A stretch of DNA of 64,000 nucleotides from Candidatus Latescibacterota bacterium (GTDB lineage: Bacteria; Latescibacterota; UBA2968; UBA8231): NCBI GenBank assembly GCA_965223905.1, contig CBDCXV010000011.1, positions 1,248,001 through 1,312,000 of the forward strand, written 5' to 3'. Shown one piece after another: positions 18,148 through 28,604 of the stretch. A program made the position numbers and the translations under genes. The notes beneath the pieces were generated by a model. The model saw nothing but the letters and a program-made list of their open reading frames with translations. It was not told the origin of the DNA and searched no databases. The number at the start of each line of letters is the position of its first letter. The first letter of the stretch is position 1.

Positions 18148-21100
18148 CTACGGCCTCCGGGCTTCCTCCGAAAACGCGCACACCCCGTTGGCCAGCCGCA
18201 TCTGCCGCACCGAGCGGCACTCCGGCTCGAACAGCTTCGGGCTCGCCACCAGGACGCAGACGCAGCGGGCGCGGCTGGTGGCGACGTTGAGCCGGTTGAG
18301 GCTGTACAGGAACTCCATGCCGCGCGGCGCATCCTCCGGGCTCGAGGTGGTCATGCTGTAGACGACGGCCGCGGCCTCCTGGCCCTGGAACCTGTCGACG
18401 GTGCCGACCTTCGCCCGGCGGCCGAGCTTCAGCTGCAGCTCGGCAACCTGGGCGTTGTAGGGGGCCACCACGAGGATGTCCTCGAGCCGCAGCGGTTTCG
18501 ATTTTCCGCCGACGTCCCTCCAGGTCACCCCCTCCCGGGTCAGCTCCGCCACCACCTCCGCGACCCGCGCCACCTCTTCCGGGCTGGTGCCCTGGTTCCC
18601 CTCGTGTTCCACCTCCTCCACCCACAGGCCGGCGCCGCGGTACTTCGTCGGCCCGGCAACGGCCTGGCGCTCCATGCCTTCGCGGGACGTCAGCTGCCCC
18701 TCGTAGAACTGCCGCGAGGTGAAGCCGCAGATCGCCGGGTGCAGGCGCCAGGTCTGCTCGAGGAACAGGCCCTTCTCCTCCGGCATGACGCTGCCCTCGC
18801 CGATCACGTGCTGCAGCGCCGACACGCCGGTCCCTTCCGGGTGGCTTCCCTTCTGCGGCTGTTCCAGCTGCTGCGGGTCGCCGAGCAGCACGAGGTTGCG
18901 GGTGCACGGACTCATGGCCAGGACGTTGGCGAGGCTCATCTGCCCCGCCTCGTCGACGAACAGCACGTCCAGCGACCCGGCGTACTGCTCGCGCGACCAC
19001 AGCCAGGCGGTACCGCCCACCACGTTGGCTTCCCCCGCCTCGAGGGCGGCGAGCAGCGCGTCGTTGCTATTGGTCTCCTCGATTCCCTCGGGCGGCTTGG
19101 CCGAGAGCTCGGTCACCTTGTGAATACAGGCCAGTTCCACCCGTTCGTCCGCCGCGGCTTTCAGGGCGCTCTGCAGCAGGTTGTCGATCACCTTGTGGCT
19201 CACCGCGGAGACCCCCACCCGCTTCCCCCGCTTCACCAGCTCGACGATCATGCGGCCCCCGGTGAAGGTCTTGCCGCTGCCCGGCGGACCCTGGACCGGC
19301 AGCGTTCCTCCGTCGAGCTCGCCGGCGAGGCGGCGGGCGGCATCGACTGCGGATTCCCCTTCGCGGCGCAGCGGACCGGGGGCGTTCCGCCGTGGAGAGA
19401 GTCGCAGCAGCAGGTCGCGGCCGGCGCGGGCGCAGCTGCCGGCATCACCGGCGTCCACTCCGTTTTCTGCAACCCATTCCCCGAGGCGCATCAGGCTATC
19501 CCGCAATACGTTCGTGCGCACTACGCCGAACTCGTACAGGCAACGCGGACGGTCCTCTTCCCTCCCTCCCGCCTGCTTGACATCCACCGTCCCGGCGATG
19601 AGGTCGATGCCGACAAGGTTCCCCAGCTTCGCGCCTTCGCCGTCATACAGCTCCGCCCCTTCCCCGATCTCGACGATCTGCTCCGGGTAGGAGTACCGGT
19701 GGCGAGGGTTCCTCTCCTTTCCCACCTTGGGCAGCTGCTCCTTCCAGACGAGCCCGGCGATCGCCGCCTTCTCGTCGAGGAGCTCCTCCCCGGGCAGGTC
19801 GCGGAGCCGGAAGAACTCCCACCAGGCCGTCTTCTCCTCGCGCCAGTGCCAGTCGAGCATGTAGGCGAGCAGCCAGCGCCCCTGCTCTTCGCCGTTGCGC
19901 TCCTCGGGCAGCTGTGACACCCCCTCCGTCAGTTGCCGGCGCAGATCCTCCAGCTCCTGCTGCCGCTCCGTCAGCTCCTCCCCGGGCTCCCCTTCCTTCA
20001 GCTGCGGCCGCGGCACCTCTTTCCCTTCCGCGACGCGGGCCCGCAGCTCCTCCAACCACTGCCGCAGCCGCCACGTCGACACGCAGTCGTCCTCGTTGTA
20101 CCCGCGCACGATCTCGCGGATCTCCTCCGGCGCATCCTGCCCCTGTCCGGTCTCCAGCAGCGCCTCCAGAAGGCGCTTCGGGCGGCTCACATCCGGCAGG
20201 GCGACGCGGCGCTCGTACCCGAAGAACCGCTCCAGCTCCTTGATCGAGTAGCTCTCGACGCCGGCGCGCACCGCCTGCCGCGTCACCCGGTAGAGGTCGA
20301 CGAAGGCCTCGGCGCGCAGCAGCTCGTCCACTTCCTGCTCGCGCGTGGCGTAGCGGCCCATCAGCCGCTTCAGGGCTGCGGGCTCGTACGCGGCGTAGTG
20401 GTAGACGTGCATCCCCGGATGCCGCCGGCGCCGCTCCATCACCATGTCGATGAAGTGCTCGAAGGCAGCTTTTTCCGATAGCCCGTCGTGCGCCCAGGTA
20501 TGGCAGTAGGCCGGATCCCCGCTGCTCCCGCCCGGGACTTCCGCCCACCCGAACAGGTACTCGAGGCCGGCCTCGCCGGCGAACGGGTCCCCCTCGAGAT
20601 CGAAGAACAGGTCCCCGGCATCCGGCTCCGGCAGGCGCGTCAGGCCGCTGTCCTCGCAGACCTCGAGCATCTCGTAGCAGGGCTCGGGGCTGGTGCGGTC
20701 CTTCAGCTGCACGTGCGCCTGGTGCTGGGAATGGTCCAGGCTCTCGCGGCTGCCCCGCTCCGGTTTCAGGCCGGGTTCGAGAGGTTCGCGGCCGAATCGC
20801 GCGAGGGTGTCGATCTCCCACCCGGTCAGCTCGCTCCGCTGCCCGCGCGTGATCCCCGCCACCAGGCTGAGGTGATCGTCGGCGCGGCGCTGCCCGTCGC
20901 ACAATCTCCACCAGTCGCAGACGTTGCAGTGCTCGCACGGCTCCGGGTAGGTGCCGGCTCCGTTGCGGGCCGCCTCCTCGAGGCGCGCCTTCACCCGACG
21001 GTAACAGGCCTCGTAGTGATCGACGCGGTACACCTCCGGCTCGAAACCGGTACCCGGGGTCACCACCTTGAGCTCGTCGGGCCTCCGCCCCTGCAGCCTG

Positions 21101-21555
21101 CCCAGCATCTCGGCGTAGAGGCAGAGCTGCAGGATGGTTCCCGGTTTCGTCTGCGCCGACAGCTTGGTATCCACCACCTCGTAGTGGTACTCCCCAAGGG
21201 TGCTTTTCCCAGGCACCCGCAGCAGCACGTCGGCGCGGCCGGTCCAGCACCCGTCCTCCAGCCAGGCCTGGGTGATGGCCCCGGAGCCCGCGGCCATGGC
21301 CTGGCGGGTCGCTGCGAGGTTCTGGTTTCCCCGCACCTCCTCCACTCGCACGCCCTGATCCCTGAGGTGGTCCAGGTAGGAGCGCTCGTGCTCCTCCCCT
21401 TTCTGCTGCAGCACCTCCAGGCCGGGGTCGTACCAGTAGGGTTTCTGCAGCTCACCTTTTGCCCGGCGCAGGTCGAGCTGGGTCTTGTGGCGGCAGGCGA
21501 GGTGACTGGCGAGGTCGGTGGCTGACAGCCTGAGACCGGATTCCGAGAAATGCAT
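18148..21555 (-). CDS. TM0106-family RecB-like nuclease fused to RNase H-like and SF1 (DNA2/NAM7-like) helicase domains
   Basis: LSATDL, GRADVL..EVVDTKL nuclease; FFDLEGDP, YSIKELE, YNEDDC RNase H-like; QGPPGSGKT, DEAGQ, GDPQQL, TVDRFQGQE, NRLNVATSRA helicase. Confidence 0.9.
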   Translation of the reverse strand: MHFSESGLRLSATDLASHLACRHKTQLDLRRAKGELQKPYWYDPGLEVLQQKGEEHERSYLDHLRDQGVRVEEVRGNQNLAATRQAMAAGSGAITQAWLEDGCWTGRADVLLRVPGKSTLGEYHYEVVDTKLSAQTKPGTILQLCLYAEMLGRLQGRRPDELKVVTPGTGFEPEVYRVDHYEACYRRVKARLEEAARNGAGTYPEPCEHCNVCDWWRLCDGQRRADDHLSLVAGITRGQRSELTGWEIDTLARFGREPLEPGLKPERGSRESLDHSQHQAHVQLKDRTSPEPCYEMLEVCEDSGLTRLPEPDAGDLFFDLEGDPFAGEAGLEYLFGWAEVPGGSSGDPAYCHTWAHDGLSEKAAFEHFIDMVMERRRRHPGMHVYHYAAYEPAALKRLMGRYATREQEVDELLRAEAFVDLYRVTRQAVRAGVESYSIKELERFFGYERRVALPDVSRPKRLLEALLETGQGQDAPEEIREIVRGYNEDDCVSTWRLRQWLEELRARVAEGKEVPRPQLKEGEPGEELTERQQELEDLRRQLTEGVSQLPEERNGEEQGRWLLAYMLDWHWREEKTAWWEFFRLRDLPGEELLDEKAAIAGLVWKEQLPKVGKERNPRHRYSYPEQIVEIGEGAELYDGEGAKLGNLVGIDLIAGTVDVKQAGGREEDRPRCLYEFGVVRTNVLRDSLMRLGEWVAENGVDAGDAGSCARAGRDLLLRLSPRRNAPGPLRREGESAVDAARRLAGELDGGTLPVQGPPGSGKTFTGGRMIVELVKRGKRVGVSAVSHKVIDNLLQSALKAAADERVELACIHKVTELSAKPPEGIEETNSNDALLAALEAGEANVVGGTAWLWSREQYAGSLDVLFVDEAGQMSLANVLAMSPCTRNLVLLGDPQQLEQPQKGSHPEGTGVSALQHVIGEGSVMPEEKGLFLEQTWRLHPAICGFTSRQFYEGQLTSREGMERQAVAGPTKYRGAGLWVEEVEHEGNQGTSPEEVARVAEVVAELTREGVTWRDVGGKSKPLRLEDILVVAPYNAQVAELQLKLGRRAKVGTVDRFQGQEAAAVVYSMTTSSPEDAPRGMEFLYSLNRLNVATSRARCVCVLVASPKLFEPECRSVRQMRLANGVCAFSEEARRP

Positions 21556-21743
21556 TTACCTGATTCCTGGGTTGGACAGCGGTGGAAGGCCGTTCGGGCT
21601 GCGATGGATTGGGCCATTCCACATAACGGCGGTTGGGTATGGTGGCCGCAAAGATCGAACAATCCCCCTGTACAAGCCGGGCAAGAGCTGACGAGCGCAT
21701 TGGTCCCGTCCGCCACCGTCGTTGGTCCACATCCGGGCGGCGG

Positions 21744-23006
21744 TTACCCCGTTCCCTCCCCCTCCTCGGCGAACTGCCCCTCCCTTTCGAGCCGTTCCCA
21801 TACGCGCCGGAACGCCTCGCTGCCGTCCTCCTGCCAGAGCTCGAAACCGATGCCGCGGATCGCCCCCTCCTCCGTGCCGGTCTCCCTGCCGACCTGGGGG
21901 AAGGACTGGGTGTACAGAGTCGTGCCGTAGGGCAGGCGCAGCACCCCGATACCCTTCGGGATGCTCTCGTACGGATCGGGGTTGGCCGCCAGCCTGTGCA
22001 GGGCCTCGTCGTCGACCTCGACACCGAGGCCGGGAGCCTCGGGCACGCGCGCGCAGCCCTCGCTCACCCGGATCGGCTCGCGCAGGACGTCCTCCTCGTA
22101 CTGTTCCATCTGCGTGATCGCGTGGCCGGTTGCCGTGGGCAGCACCGCGGCGAGGTGCAGGACCAGGGCGGTGCTCAGCCCGTTGCCGACCAGCTGGAAC
22201 ATCACCTGGGTGTTGAGCAGCCCCAGAGCGGTGCCGCAGGCCAGCACGTTGCCGATGCCGCCGCCCCCGAGCATGTAGAGGTCGGCCATGCCGAGGGTGG
22301 CGTCCATGGCGGTTCCGAGCTGGCCGCCGTGCCCCATGATGAGGGGCATGCGGGTGCGCTCCCGCAGGTTGCGCCAGCCGTGGACGTCCCAGCGCGCCAG
22401 CGGATCATCGACGAACCCGACCACCGGGCGATCCTCGAGCTGCCGCAGGACCGGCAGCACCGTGGCCACGGTACGCGGCTGGCGGCTGTGGAGGGCGCCT
22501 CCGTTGAAGTCGTAGTGGATGCGGAAACCGGCAGGCGACGCGGCCTCGGCGCAGGCGGTATGCTCCATCACGTCCCACAGCGGCGAGGTGTGCATCTTGA
22601 GGATGGTGTAACCCCCGGCCGCGGCGTGCCGCACCTCTTCAGCGAACTCGGCAGGAGAGCAGGGCCGCGTCCAGGCCGCCAGCGACACGGCATCGCGCCG
22701 CTTCTGCCCCATCAGCTTGTAGGCCGGGACCTCGAGCCGCTTCCCCATCAGGTCGTACAGGGCCGCGACCAGGCCGTGGTTGAGGTTGCTGCCGACGAAG
22801 TCGAACGGGTCGCGGCCGATGACCGGCTCCACCGCGGACCGGGGCGGCACCGGGCCCCGCGTCTCCCCGTAGCCGACCAGCCCGGAGTCGGTGGCGACGC
22901 GGTACACGGCGATCTTGGAGACCTGCCCGTAAAAGGCGAAGTTGCCGCGGTTGCGGGCCTGGTTTCGGGGATGGATCTGGAAGAGGTCTACGTCGGTGAT
23001 TTTCAT
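21744..23006 (-). CDS. Mandelate racemase/muconate lactonizing enzyme family protein
   Basis: TDSGLVGYGE, ALYDLMGK, LKMH, PEAPGLGVEVD enolase-superfamily motifs. Confidence 0.88.
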   Translation of the reverse strand: MKITDVDLFQIHPRNQARNRGNFAFYGQVSKIAVYRVATDSGLVGYGETRGPVPPRSAVEPVIGRDPFDFVGSNLNHGLVAALYDLMGKRLEVPAYKLMGQKRRDAVSLAAWTRPCSPAEFAEEVRHAAAGGYTILKMHTSPLWDVMEHTACAEAASPAGFRIHYDFNGGALHSRQPRTVATVLPVLRQLEDRPVVGFVDDPLARWDVHGWRNLRERTRMPLIMGHGGQLGTAMDATLGMADLYMLGGGGIGNVLACGTALGLLNTQVMFQLVGNGLSTALVLHLAAVLPTATGHAITQMEQYEEDVLREPIRVSEGCARVPEAPGLGVEVDDEALHRLAANPDPYESIPKGIGVLRLPYGTTLYTQSFPQVGRETGTEEGAIRGIGFELWQEDGSEAFRRVWERLEREGQFAEEGEGTG

Positions 23007-23260
23007 GGGGGCCCGGGGCTCCCGGGGACAGCAACACGGACAGAGGCAGGCAGCCTGGAGGGGGACGTCAGAAGGCTTTTTCGCCGCCGGATTCCTTCAG
23101 GATGTGATGGCGGTGTGACGCGATTTTATTTTTCGGGCAACGGTAACGTGTCTTTTTGTCAGAGGGCTGTACCAGATCTCGTGACTGCCCTTCCCATCCC
23201 GAACTTTATGGCATCCCATATCCGTGAGCAGTCTTCTGACCTGCCTTGAAAAATCCGCCA

Positions 23261-23494
23261 CTACACAAACTCAAGCACTGTTTCGCCGTGTATTTTGCAG
23301 GGAAGGGAGGCGGCCGTGTCGCCTGTAACGCCGTTCAGGCGCAGCAATTCCGGCACCAGGCTGCGCGCCTCCTCGATTATGCCATCGAGGGTGTCTGCTT
23401 CAATGACCAAGCCCGGGACCTCCTCACTGGTGGCAACCCATACCTTCGCTTCGGAATCCCAGATCGAACTTATAGTGATTTCCCCGACGGCCAT
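23261..23494 (-). CDS. DUF1902/HicB-like orphan antitoxin
   Basis: WDSEAKVWVATSEEVPGLVIEADT..VPELLRLN; GGAGG RBS upstream. Confidence 0.8.
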   Translation of the reverse strand: MAVGEITISSIWDSEAKVWVATSEEVPGLVIEADTLDGIIEEARSLVPELLRLNGVTGDTAASLPCKIHGETVLEFV

Positions 23495-24276
23495 ATCGCT
23501 CCTCCTTGATTCGAAACAGTACCGGAGGTGATCAACGCGTTTTCCGCCCCTTGCTCCCTCTGGACAGGGGGCCTTGCTGGTCCGGGTACCACATGCCGAT
23601 CAATCCGGCGCCGCCTCGCGGCGGCGGAGATCACCCTGCAAAATCGTTCTGTCAACGCGAGCCCTCGTCCAAACCAGCTGGCCGAACGGGATGCTGGGAC
23701 ATGGCTCCATTCCAGGCAGGACTTGCCGGGTGCAACCCTGAAAGTTTTCGGAGTGACGAGGGCGACGTCGACGCGGTCGGCATACCTGCCTCGGTGCTGA
23801 AAACAGAGAGCATTCTCCGCCACCCGGGCCAGTTGGTTACGGTGAAGGTCATGGGTGACATCATGGGACAGATCCGAATACATCTTCATCTCGCAGAAGC
23901 ATATCCAAGGCTCGGAAACATCATCGAGCTCTATCCCGCCCTTGGTTTCCCCCCTGCCACGGATAGTGCCAATGGCGAGGTCGAGATGGGTGTTCCCCTC
24001 CTGTTTTCTCGGGGGCAGCGGCATGGCTTCCATCCATATCTTCGGGTAGCGCTGATACAGGTCGGCGCCAGTCAGGATTTTCGTGAGCCGGGCCACACCG
24101 TCGGCTCCCACAATCGCGTACCCGCAGGCGGCTAGAAAAAGTCCAGAGTTGCTCATCTCGGCCGGCTGAATTTCCGCACACCCGCTGTGCCAATCGTCCT
24201 ATTCGACGCTGCCCAGAGAGAGGTACCGGGTTATGGCGCTGCAGTTTTCTCTCAATAATTCCTCAAGGGGTTTCAT
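23470..24276 (-). pseudogene. Degraded gene with PD-(D/E)xK-like nuclease motif
   Basis: RBS plus ATG at 24276, frameshifts in the first 150 nt; THLDL..CEMK..NQLAR motif; 3' part looks scrambled. Confidence 0.45.
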
Positions 24277-24307
24277 TTCTCCCTCCTTATGAACGATCCC
24301 GATGGTA

Positions 24308-24631
24308 TTAGCCTTTGCCTACATCCGAGAAGTTGGTTATTACAACCTCCCCTTCAGGAAACTCGGCGACGATCTTCAGCTGTCCGCCTAACGCTTCGAT
24401 GTAGGATCGAAGGGTCGAGATGTACATGTCCGTCCGCCGCTCCATCTTGGCGATGGCGGGTTGGTTTACCGTCAAGGTTGCGGCGAGCGCCTTCTGTGTC
24501 ATAACCAGCGCCTGCCGCAGCTCGTGCAGCGGCATGGCGACCCGCAACTCGGCCTTCTTTTCTTCGACCCGCTGACGGCGCTCCGGCGTGAAGTCTTTGG
24601 TCAACTCACGAAAGGGACGGTGTCTGCTCAT
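24308..24631 (-). CDS. XRE/HigA-type HTH antitoxin
   Basis: LHELRQAL.MTQ..LA..L.VNQPAIAKMERRTDMYISTLRSYIEALGG. Confidence 0.9.
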   Translation of the reverse strand: MSRHRPFRELTKDFTPERRQRVEEKKAELRVAMPLHELRQALVMTQKALAATLTVNQPAIAKMERRTDMYISTLRSYIEALGGQLKIVAEFPEGEVVITNFSDVGKG

Positions 24632-24864
24632 GGGATCAATCCTTCCTTTCGCAAGGTTTCAAGATGCTCGTCGTAGAGTCTATCAGCTACCGGCACGTAC
24701 TGATCGTAAAACCGTTCGTTGCCCGTCTTGTCTCCCCCGATCAACAGGATCGCTACCCGTCTCGGATCAAAGGCATAGAAGACGCGGATCGGCTTACCGC
24801 CGCTTTGTATTCTGAGCTCGCGCATATGTCCGTGGCACGACCCACGTATGTCCGAGGAATAAGG

Positions 24865-26328
24865 GGGTCTATCCGGGTTTTTCAACGCCGAAACGTAAGT
24901 ACGGAAAGTACCTGAGCCCTTGCTGTCCATCTGAGTACATGACAAGGCCATAGGTCGTTCCCTATGCTTGGTGTATCCCCATCAAGCACTCCCCAAGAAA
25001 GGGAAGGGAAGGCGACCTATGACCGCTATGAAGTTCGTCTCCAAGCTGTTCCAATTCAAGGGATTTCGCGCGGTGGGCGTGTGGTTCGAAGGACACGGGG
25101 AAGAAGCGGCCGTCGTGGTCGCGGTGAAGCCCCAAAGGAACGGGTGCCGGTGTCCCGAGTGTGGGCGCCGCGGCAAGATCGTACAGGTCATGGAGTTCCG
25201 CCGCTGGCGCGACGTCCGCGTTTGCGGCCGTACCCTCTGGTTGCACCACGCCCCTCGGGAGATCCGCTGCCCGACCCACGGCCGTCGCGTCGAGGAGGTG
25301 CCCTGGGCGGCGCCCTCGGCCCAGGTCAGCTACCGCTTCGAATACCTGCTGCTGAGGTACTGCCAGTGGATGACGCAGGCCGCCGCCGCGCGCCTGCTGG
25401 GTCTGGCCCCGTCGACCCTGTCCGACCAGCTGCACCGGCTCATCGAGCGCCGGCGTACGGGGCACCGCATCCGCCGGCTGAAGACCCTCGGCATCGACGA
25501 GATCTCCTACGCCAAGGGCCATAAATACGCTACCCTGGTCTACGACCTGGAACGCTCCCGTGTCGTCTGGGTCGGCAAGGGCAAGGCACGGAAGACCATC
25601 GACGCGTTTTTCCGGGACCATCTCAGCGCCTTCCAGAAGGACCGCATCCGCTGGGCCTGCTGCGACCTGAGCGAGACCTTCATCGGCGCCATCCGGCAGC
25701 ATGGTCCCAACGCCGAGTTGGTCCTGGACCGATTCCACGTCGTCAAGGCCCTCAACGAAGCCGTCGACGAGGTGCGCAAGGAGCAGTGGCGGCAAGCCTG
25801 TGGCGAGGACCGCAAGCTGCTCAAGGGCCTGCGCTGGGTGCTGCTGCATCACTCCGCCCAGCGCTCGCGAAAGGATCGGCGCACGCTCCAAACCCTGGAG
25901 AAGGCCAACCGCCGCATCTACCGCGCCTGGCGCCTGAAGGACGAGTTCGAGCACTTCTGGCGCTACAAGGCGCGCTGGGCCGCCGAACGCTTCCTCAAGA
26001 AGTGGACGACGGCGGCCCTGCGCAGCCGCCTGCAGCCCCTGCGCAAGTTCGTCAACACGGTGCGCAAGCAGGCGGCCGGCATCACCGCCTTCGTCGACAC
26101 GCACCTGACCAACGCCGCCGCCGAAGGGCTCAATCGCATTATCCGCATGGTCAAGAATCGAGCCAGTGGATTTAAAACTCTGGATGCCTTTGCCGACCTG
26201 ATTTACCTGTGCGTCGGAGACCTCGATATCCCTGCGCAGATTCCGGCCCGATTCCGTACAGTATGAAACCCTAAAAATCTCATTGGGGAAACGCTATAAA
26301 TACCACGTTGAAAAACCCGTATATAGCC
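24865..26328 (+). mobile_element. ISL3-family insertion sequence, copy 1 (1464 bp)
   Basis: Inverted repeats GGGTCTATCCGGGTTTTTCAACG / CGTTGAAAAACCCGTATATAGCC; 8-bp target duplication GAATAAGG at 24857-24864 and 26329-26336. Confidence 0.95.
24968..26266 (+). CDS. ISL3 transposase
   Basis: CPECG zinc finger, LGIDE, DRFHV, TNAAAEGLN..I; real start may be ATG near 25020. Confidence 0.95.
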   Translation: MVYPHQALPKKGKGRRPMTAMKFVSKLFQFKGFRAVGVWFEGHGEEAAVVVAVKPQRNGCRCPECGRRGKIVQVMEFRRWRDVRVCGRTLWLHHAPREIRCPTHGRRVEEVPWAAPSAQVSYRFEYLLLRYCQWMTQAAAARLLGLAPSTLSDQLHRLIERRRTGHRIRRLKTLGIDEISYAKGHKYATLVYDLERSRVVWVGKGKARKTIDAFFRDHLSAFQKDRIRWACCDLSETFIGAIRQHGPNAELVLDRFHVVKALNEAVDEVRKEQWRQACGEDRKLLKGLRWVLLHHSAQRSRKDRRTLQTLEKANRRIYRAWRLKDEFEHFWRYKARWAAERFLKKWTTAALRSRLQPLRKFVNTVRKQAAGITAFVDTHLTNAAAEGLNRIIRMVKNRASGFKTLDAFADLIYLCVGDLDIPAQIPARFRTV

Positions 26329-26445
26329 GAATAAGGATGCGGCAGTTGAGGACCGCGCTCTTGGAGCAACTCCACCATTGCAGCAATGTCTTCCTGTTGC
26401 GAAGCCGAAAGTCCCAGCCACCATTCGCCAAACTCGTTTGTATAT

Positions 26446-26895
26446 TCAACCTCCCACACCTGATTCTTTGATCTCGACCACAGCCAGCACGACGCCTCCG
26501 CGCAGGATGTCATTAGTGAAGATGATAGACGTAGCCCCCTGGCTTTGTTCGACTATATAATCGCGCCCTTTTTTCAGCTTGCCGAAGCGGGCTATCAACT
26601 CCTTCAGCCTTTGATCCGGTTTGAGGGCCAGAGATTCGCCGATGGATACGATTTTGACTCGGGGATCGTCGACTCCAGGTTTTTTGCCAAGCCTATATAT
26701 TTTTCCCAAGCTCAAACCGCCGCCCGTTTCGAGAAAGCCGTCTTTCTTGAGACGCTCCTCGGTCCCTACTACAAAGGCCGAAACTTCCGTCTTCTCCATG
26801 TCGGCCCGTAGCTCGGCCTTCTTCGCTTCGACACGCTGACGGCGCTCCGGCGTGAAGTCTTTGGTCAACTCACGAAAGGGACGGTGTCTGCACAT
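26446..26895 (-). CDS. Chimeric hypothetical protein starting with a copy of the antitoxin N-terminus
   Basis: First 30 aa nearly identical to the 24631 antitoxin; the rest is unrelated, lower GC, with no HTH; stop overlaps the toxin start. Confidence 0.65.
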   Translation of the reverse strand: MCRHRPFRELTKDFTPERRQRVEAKKAELRADMEKTEVSAFVVGTEERLKKDGFLETGGGLSLGKIYRLGKKPGVDDPRVKIVSIGESLALKPDQRLKELIARFGKLKKGRDYIVEQSQGATSIIFTNDILRGGVVLAVVEIKESGVGG

Positions 26896-26912
26896 GGATC
26901 AATCCATTCAGT

Positions 26913-26938
26913 CATACATTCCTTAGAAGGAATGTATG
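26913..26938. promoter_or_regulatory. Perfect inverted repeat CATACATTCCTT-AG-AAGGAATGTATG, probable antitoxin operator
   Basis: 12-bp arms ending 17 nt upstream of ATG 26895, at the head of the toxin-antitoxin operon. Confidence 0.7.
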
Positions 26939-27100
26939 GTCGCCATGGGGACATCGCAATTGCCCATTTGGTCGCCTTCATGGGTATGGAGCCCACGCGG
27001 CGCCTGTTCATCCTGCGTCCAGCGCCCTCTATATTGATCTTGCCGGGGGCATAGGCCGTCCCTCCAGAAATCCCCCGCACCACCAATCCTGCATCCGTCC

Positions 27101-28480
27101 ATGGACCCATTCACCAACGCGTGCCCGGAGCTCCAGGCCCTCCTTGGAAAACGCCTGTCCGTGGCCGGCGAAGTGCTCGCCTCCCACTCGAAGGACGCCT
27201 CCCACCACCGGCCGCAGCCGCCCCAGGCGGTCGCCTTCCCGAACGGCAATCCCGAGGTCGCGGCCCTGGTCGAGATCTGCCGGCGCCACCGCCTGCCGGT
27301 CATCCCCTTCGGCAAGGGGACCGCAGTGGAAGGGGGCGTGGTCGCGGTCAGCGGCGGGCTCAGCGTCGACCTCTCCCGCATGAACGCCATCCTCGAGGTC
27401 AACGCCGGCGACCTCGATGCCAGGGTCGAGGCGGGGGTGACGCGCAAGCAGCTCAACCGCCATCTCGCGGAAGCCGGCACCGGCCTGCACTTCCCGGTCG
27501 ACCCGGGGGCCGACGCCAGCCTCGGCGGCATGGCGGCCACCCGGGCTTCCGGCACCGAGGCGGTCGGCTACGGCACCATGCGCGAGAACGTGCTGGGGTT
27601 GACGGTGGTGACCGCGGACGGGCGGCTGGTGCGGACCGGCGGCCGCGCGCGCAAATCGGCCGCGGGGTACGACCTCACCCGGCTGCTGGTCGGCTCCGAA
27701 GGGACCCTCGGCATCATCACCGAGGTCTGCGTCAGGCTGGCGCGCCTGCCCGAGGCCATCGCCGCGGCGGTCTGCCCCTTTCCCGGGATCGAAGCGGCCA
27801 CCGCGGCGGTAATCGAGCTGATTTCGGCAGGCATCCGGGTCGCGCGAAGCGAGCTCCTCGACGAGATCCAGATCGACGCCGTCAACCGCTACGCCGGCTT
27901 CGACCACCCAGTCACGCCGACGCTGTTCCTCGAGTTCCACGGCAGCGAGCAGGCTGTCGCCGAGCAGGCCGCGGCCGCCGGGGCCATCGCCGCCCGCCAC
28001 GGGGGAGCGGATTTCCGCTGGGCCACCGAGGCATCGGAGCGGGAGCGTCTCTGGCAGGCCCGCCACGACGGGTACTACGCCTGCCTGGCCCTGCGCCCCG
28101 GCTCGGTCGGGTACGTCACCGACGTCTGCGTGCCGGTCTCACGGCTGGCCGACTGCATACTGCGAGCCAAGCGCGACCTTTCCGGCTCGGAGCTGATTGC
28201 CCCGGTCTTCGGGCACGTGGGGGACGGCAACTTCCACGTCGTCTACCTGCTCGACCCGCAGCGCCCCGAAGAGCTGGAGGAGGCCCGCCGTCTCGGGGAC
28301 CGCCTGATTGCCCACGCCCTCGAGCTGGGCGGCACCTGCAGCGGCGAGCACGGCATCGGCATCGGCAAGCTCGACGCCCTCGAGCGGGAGTTCGGCGAGG
28401 GAGTGGAGCTCATGCGCGACATCAAGCGGGCCCTGGATCCGGACAACATCATGAACCCGGGAAAGGTGGTGCGGCTGTAG
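27101..28480 (+). CDS. FAD-linked oxidase (D-lactate dehydrogenase/GlcD family)
   Basis: PFGKGTAVEG, GSEGTLG, GHVGDGNFH, SGEHGIG, DP.NIMNPGK. Confidence 0.92.
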   Translation: MDPFTNACPELQALLGKRLSVAGEVLASHSKDASHHRPQPPQAVAFPNGNPEVAALVEICRRHRLPVIPFGKGTAVEGGVVAVSGGLSVDLSRMNAILEVNAGDLDARVEAGVTRKQLNRHLAEAGTGLHFPVDPGADASLGGMAATRASGTEAVGYGTMRENVLGLTVVTADGRLVRTGGRARKSAAGYDLTRLLVGSEGTLGIITEVCVRLARLPEAIAAAVCPFPGIEAATAAVIELISAGIRVARSELLDEIQIDAVNRYAGFDHPVTPTLFLEFHGSEQAVAEQAAAAGAIAARHGGADFRWATEASERERLWQARHDGYYACLALRPGSVGYVTDVCVPVSRLADCILRAKRDLSGSELIAPVFGHVGDGNFHVVYLLDPQRPEELEEARRLGDRLIAHALELGGTCSGEHGIGIGKLDALEREFGEGVELMRDIKRALDPDNIMNPGKVVRL

Positions 28481-28604
28481 CCCCTCGGAGGGGCCGCGAA
28501 GGCCGCGATCGGCTTTACCCTCGGCAGGCGATTTTCTATCGTTAGCCGCCCTCGACGGCACCCCCACCCGCGCAGAAAACAGCCTCCCACCCGGAAAAAG
28601 CCTA

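Larger units (their letters stand above)
24628..26459 (-). pseudogene. RelE/HigB (Gp49-like) toxin interrupted by ISL3
   Basis: Removing the IS and one target copy gives an in-frame 119-aa protein: VWEVEYTNEF..GPQLPHPYS|SDIRGS..MRELRIQ..RVFYAFDPRR..LLIGGDK. Confidence 0.9.
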
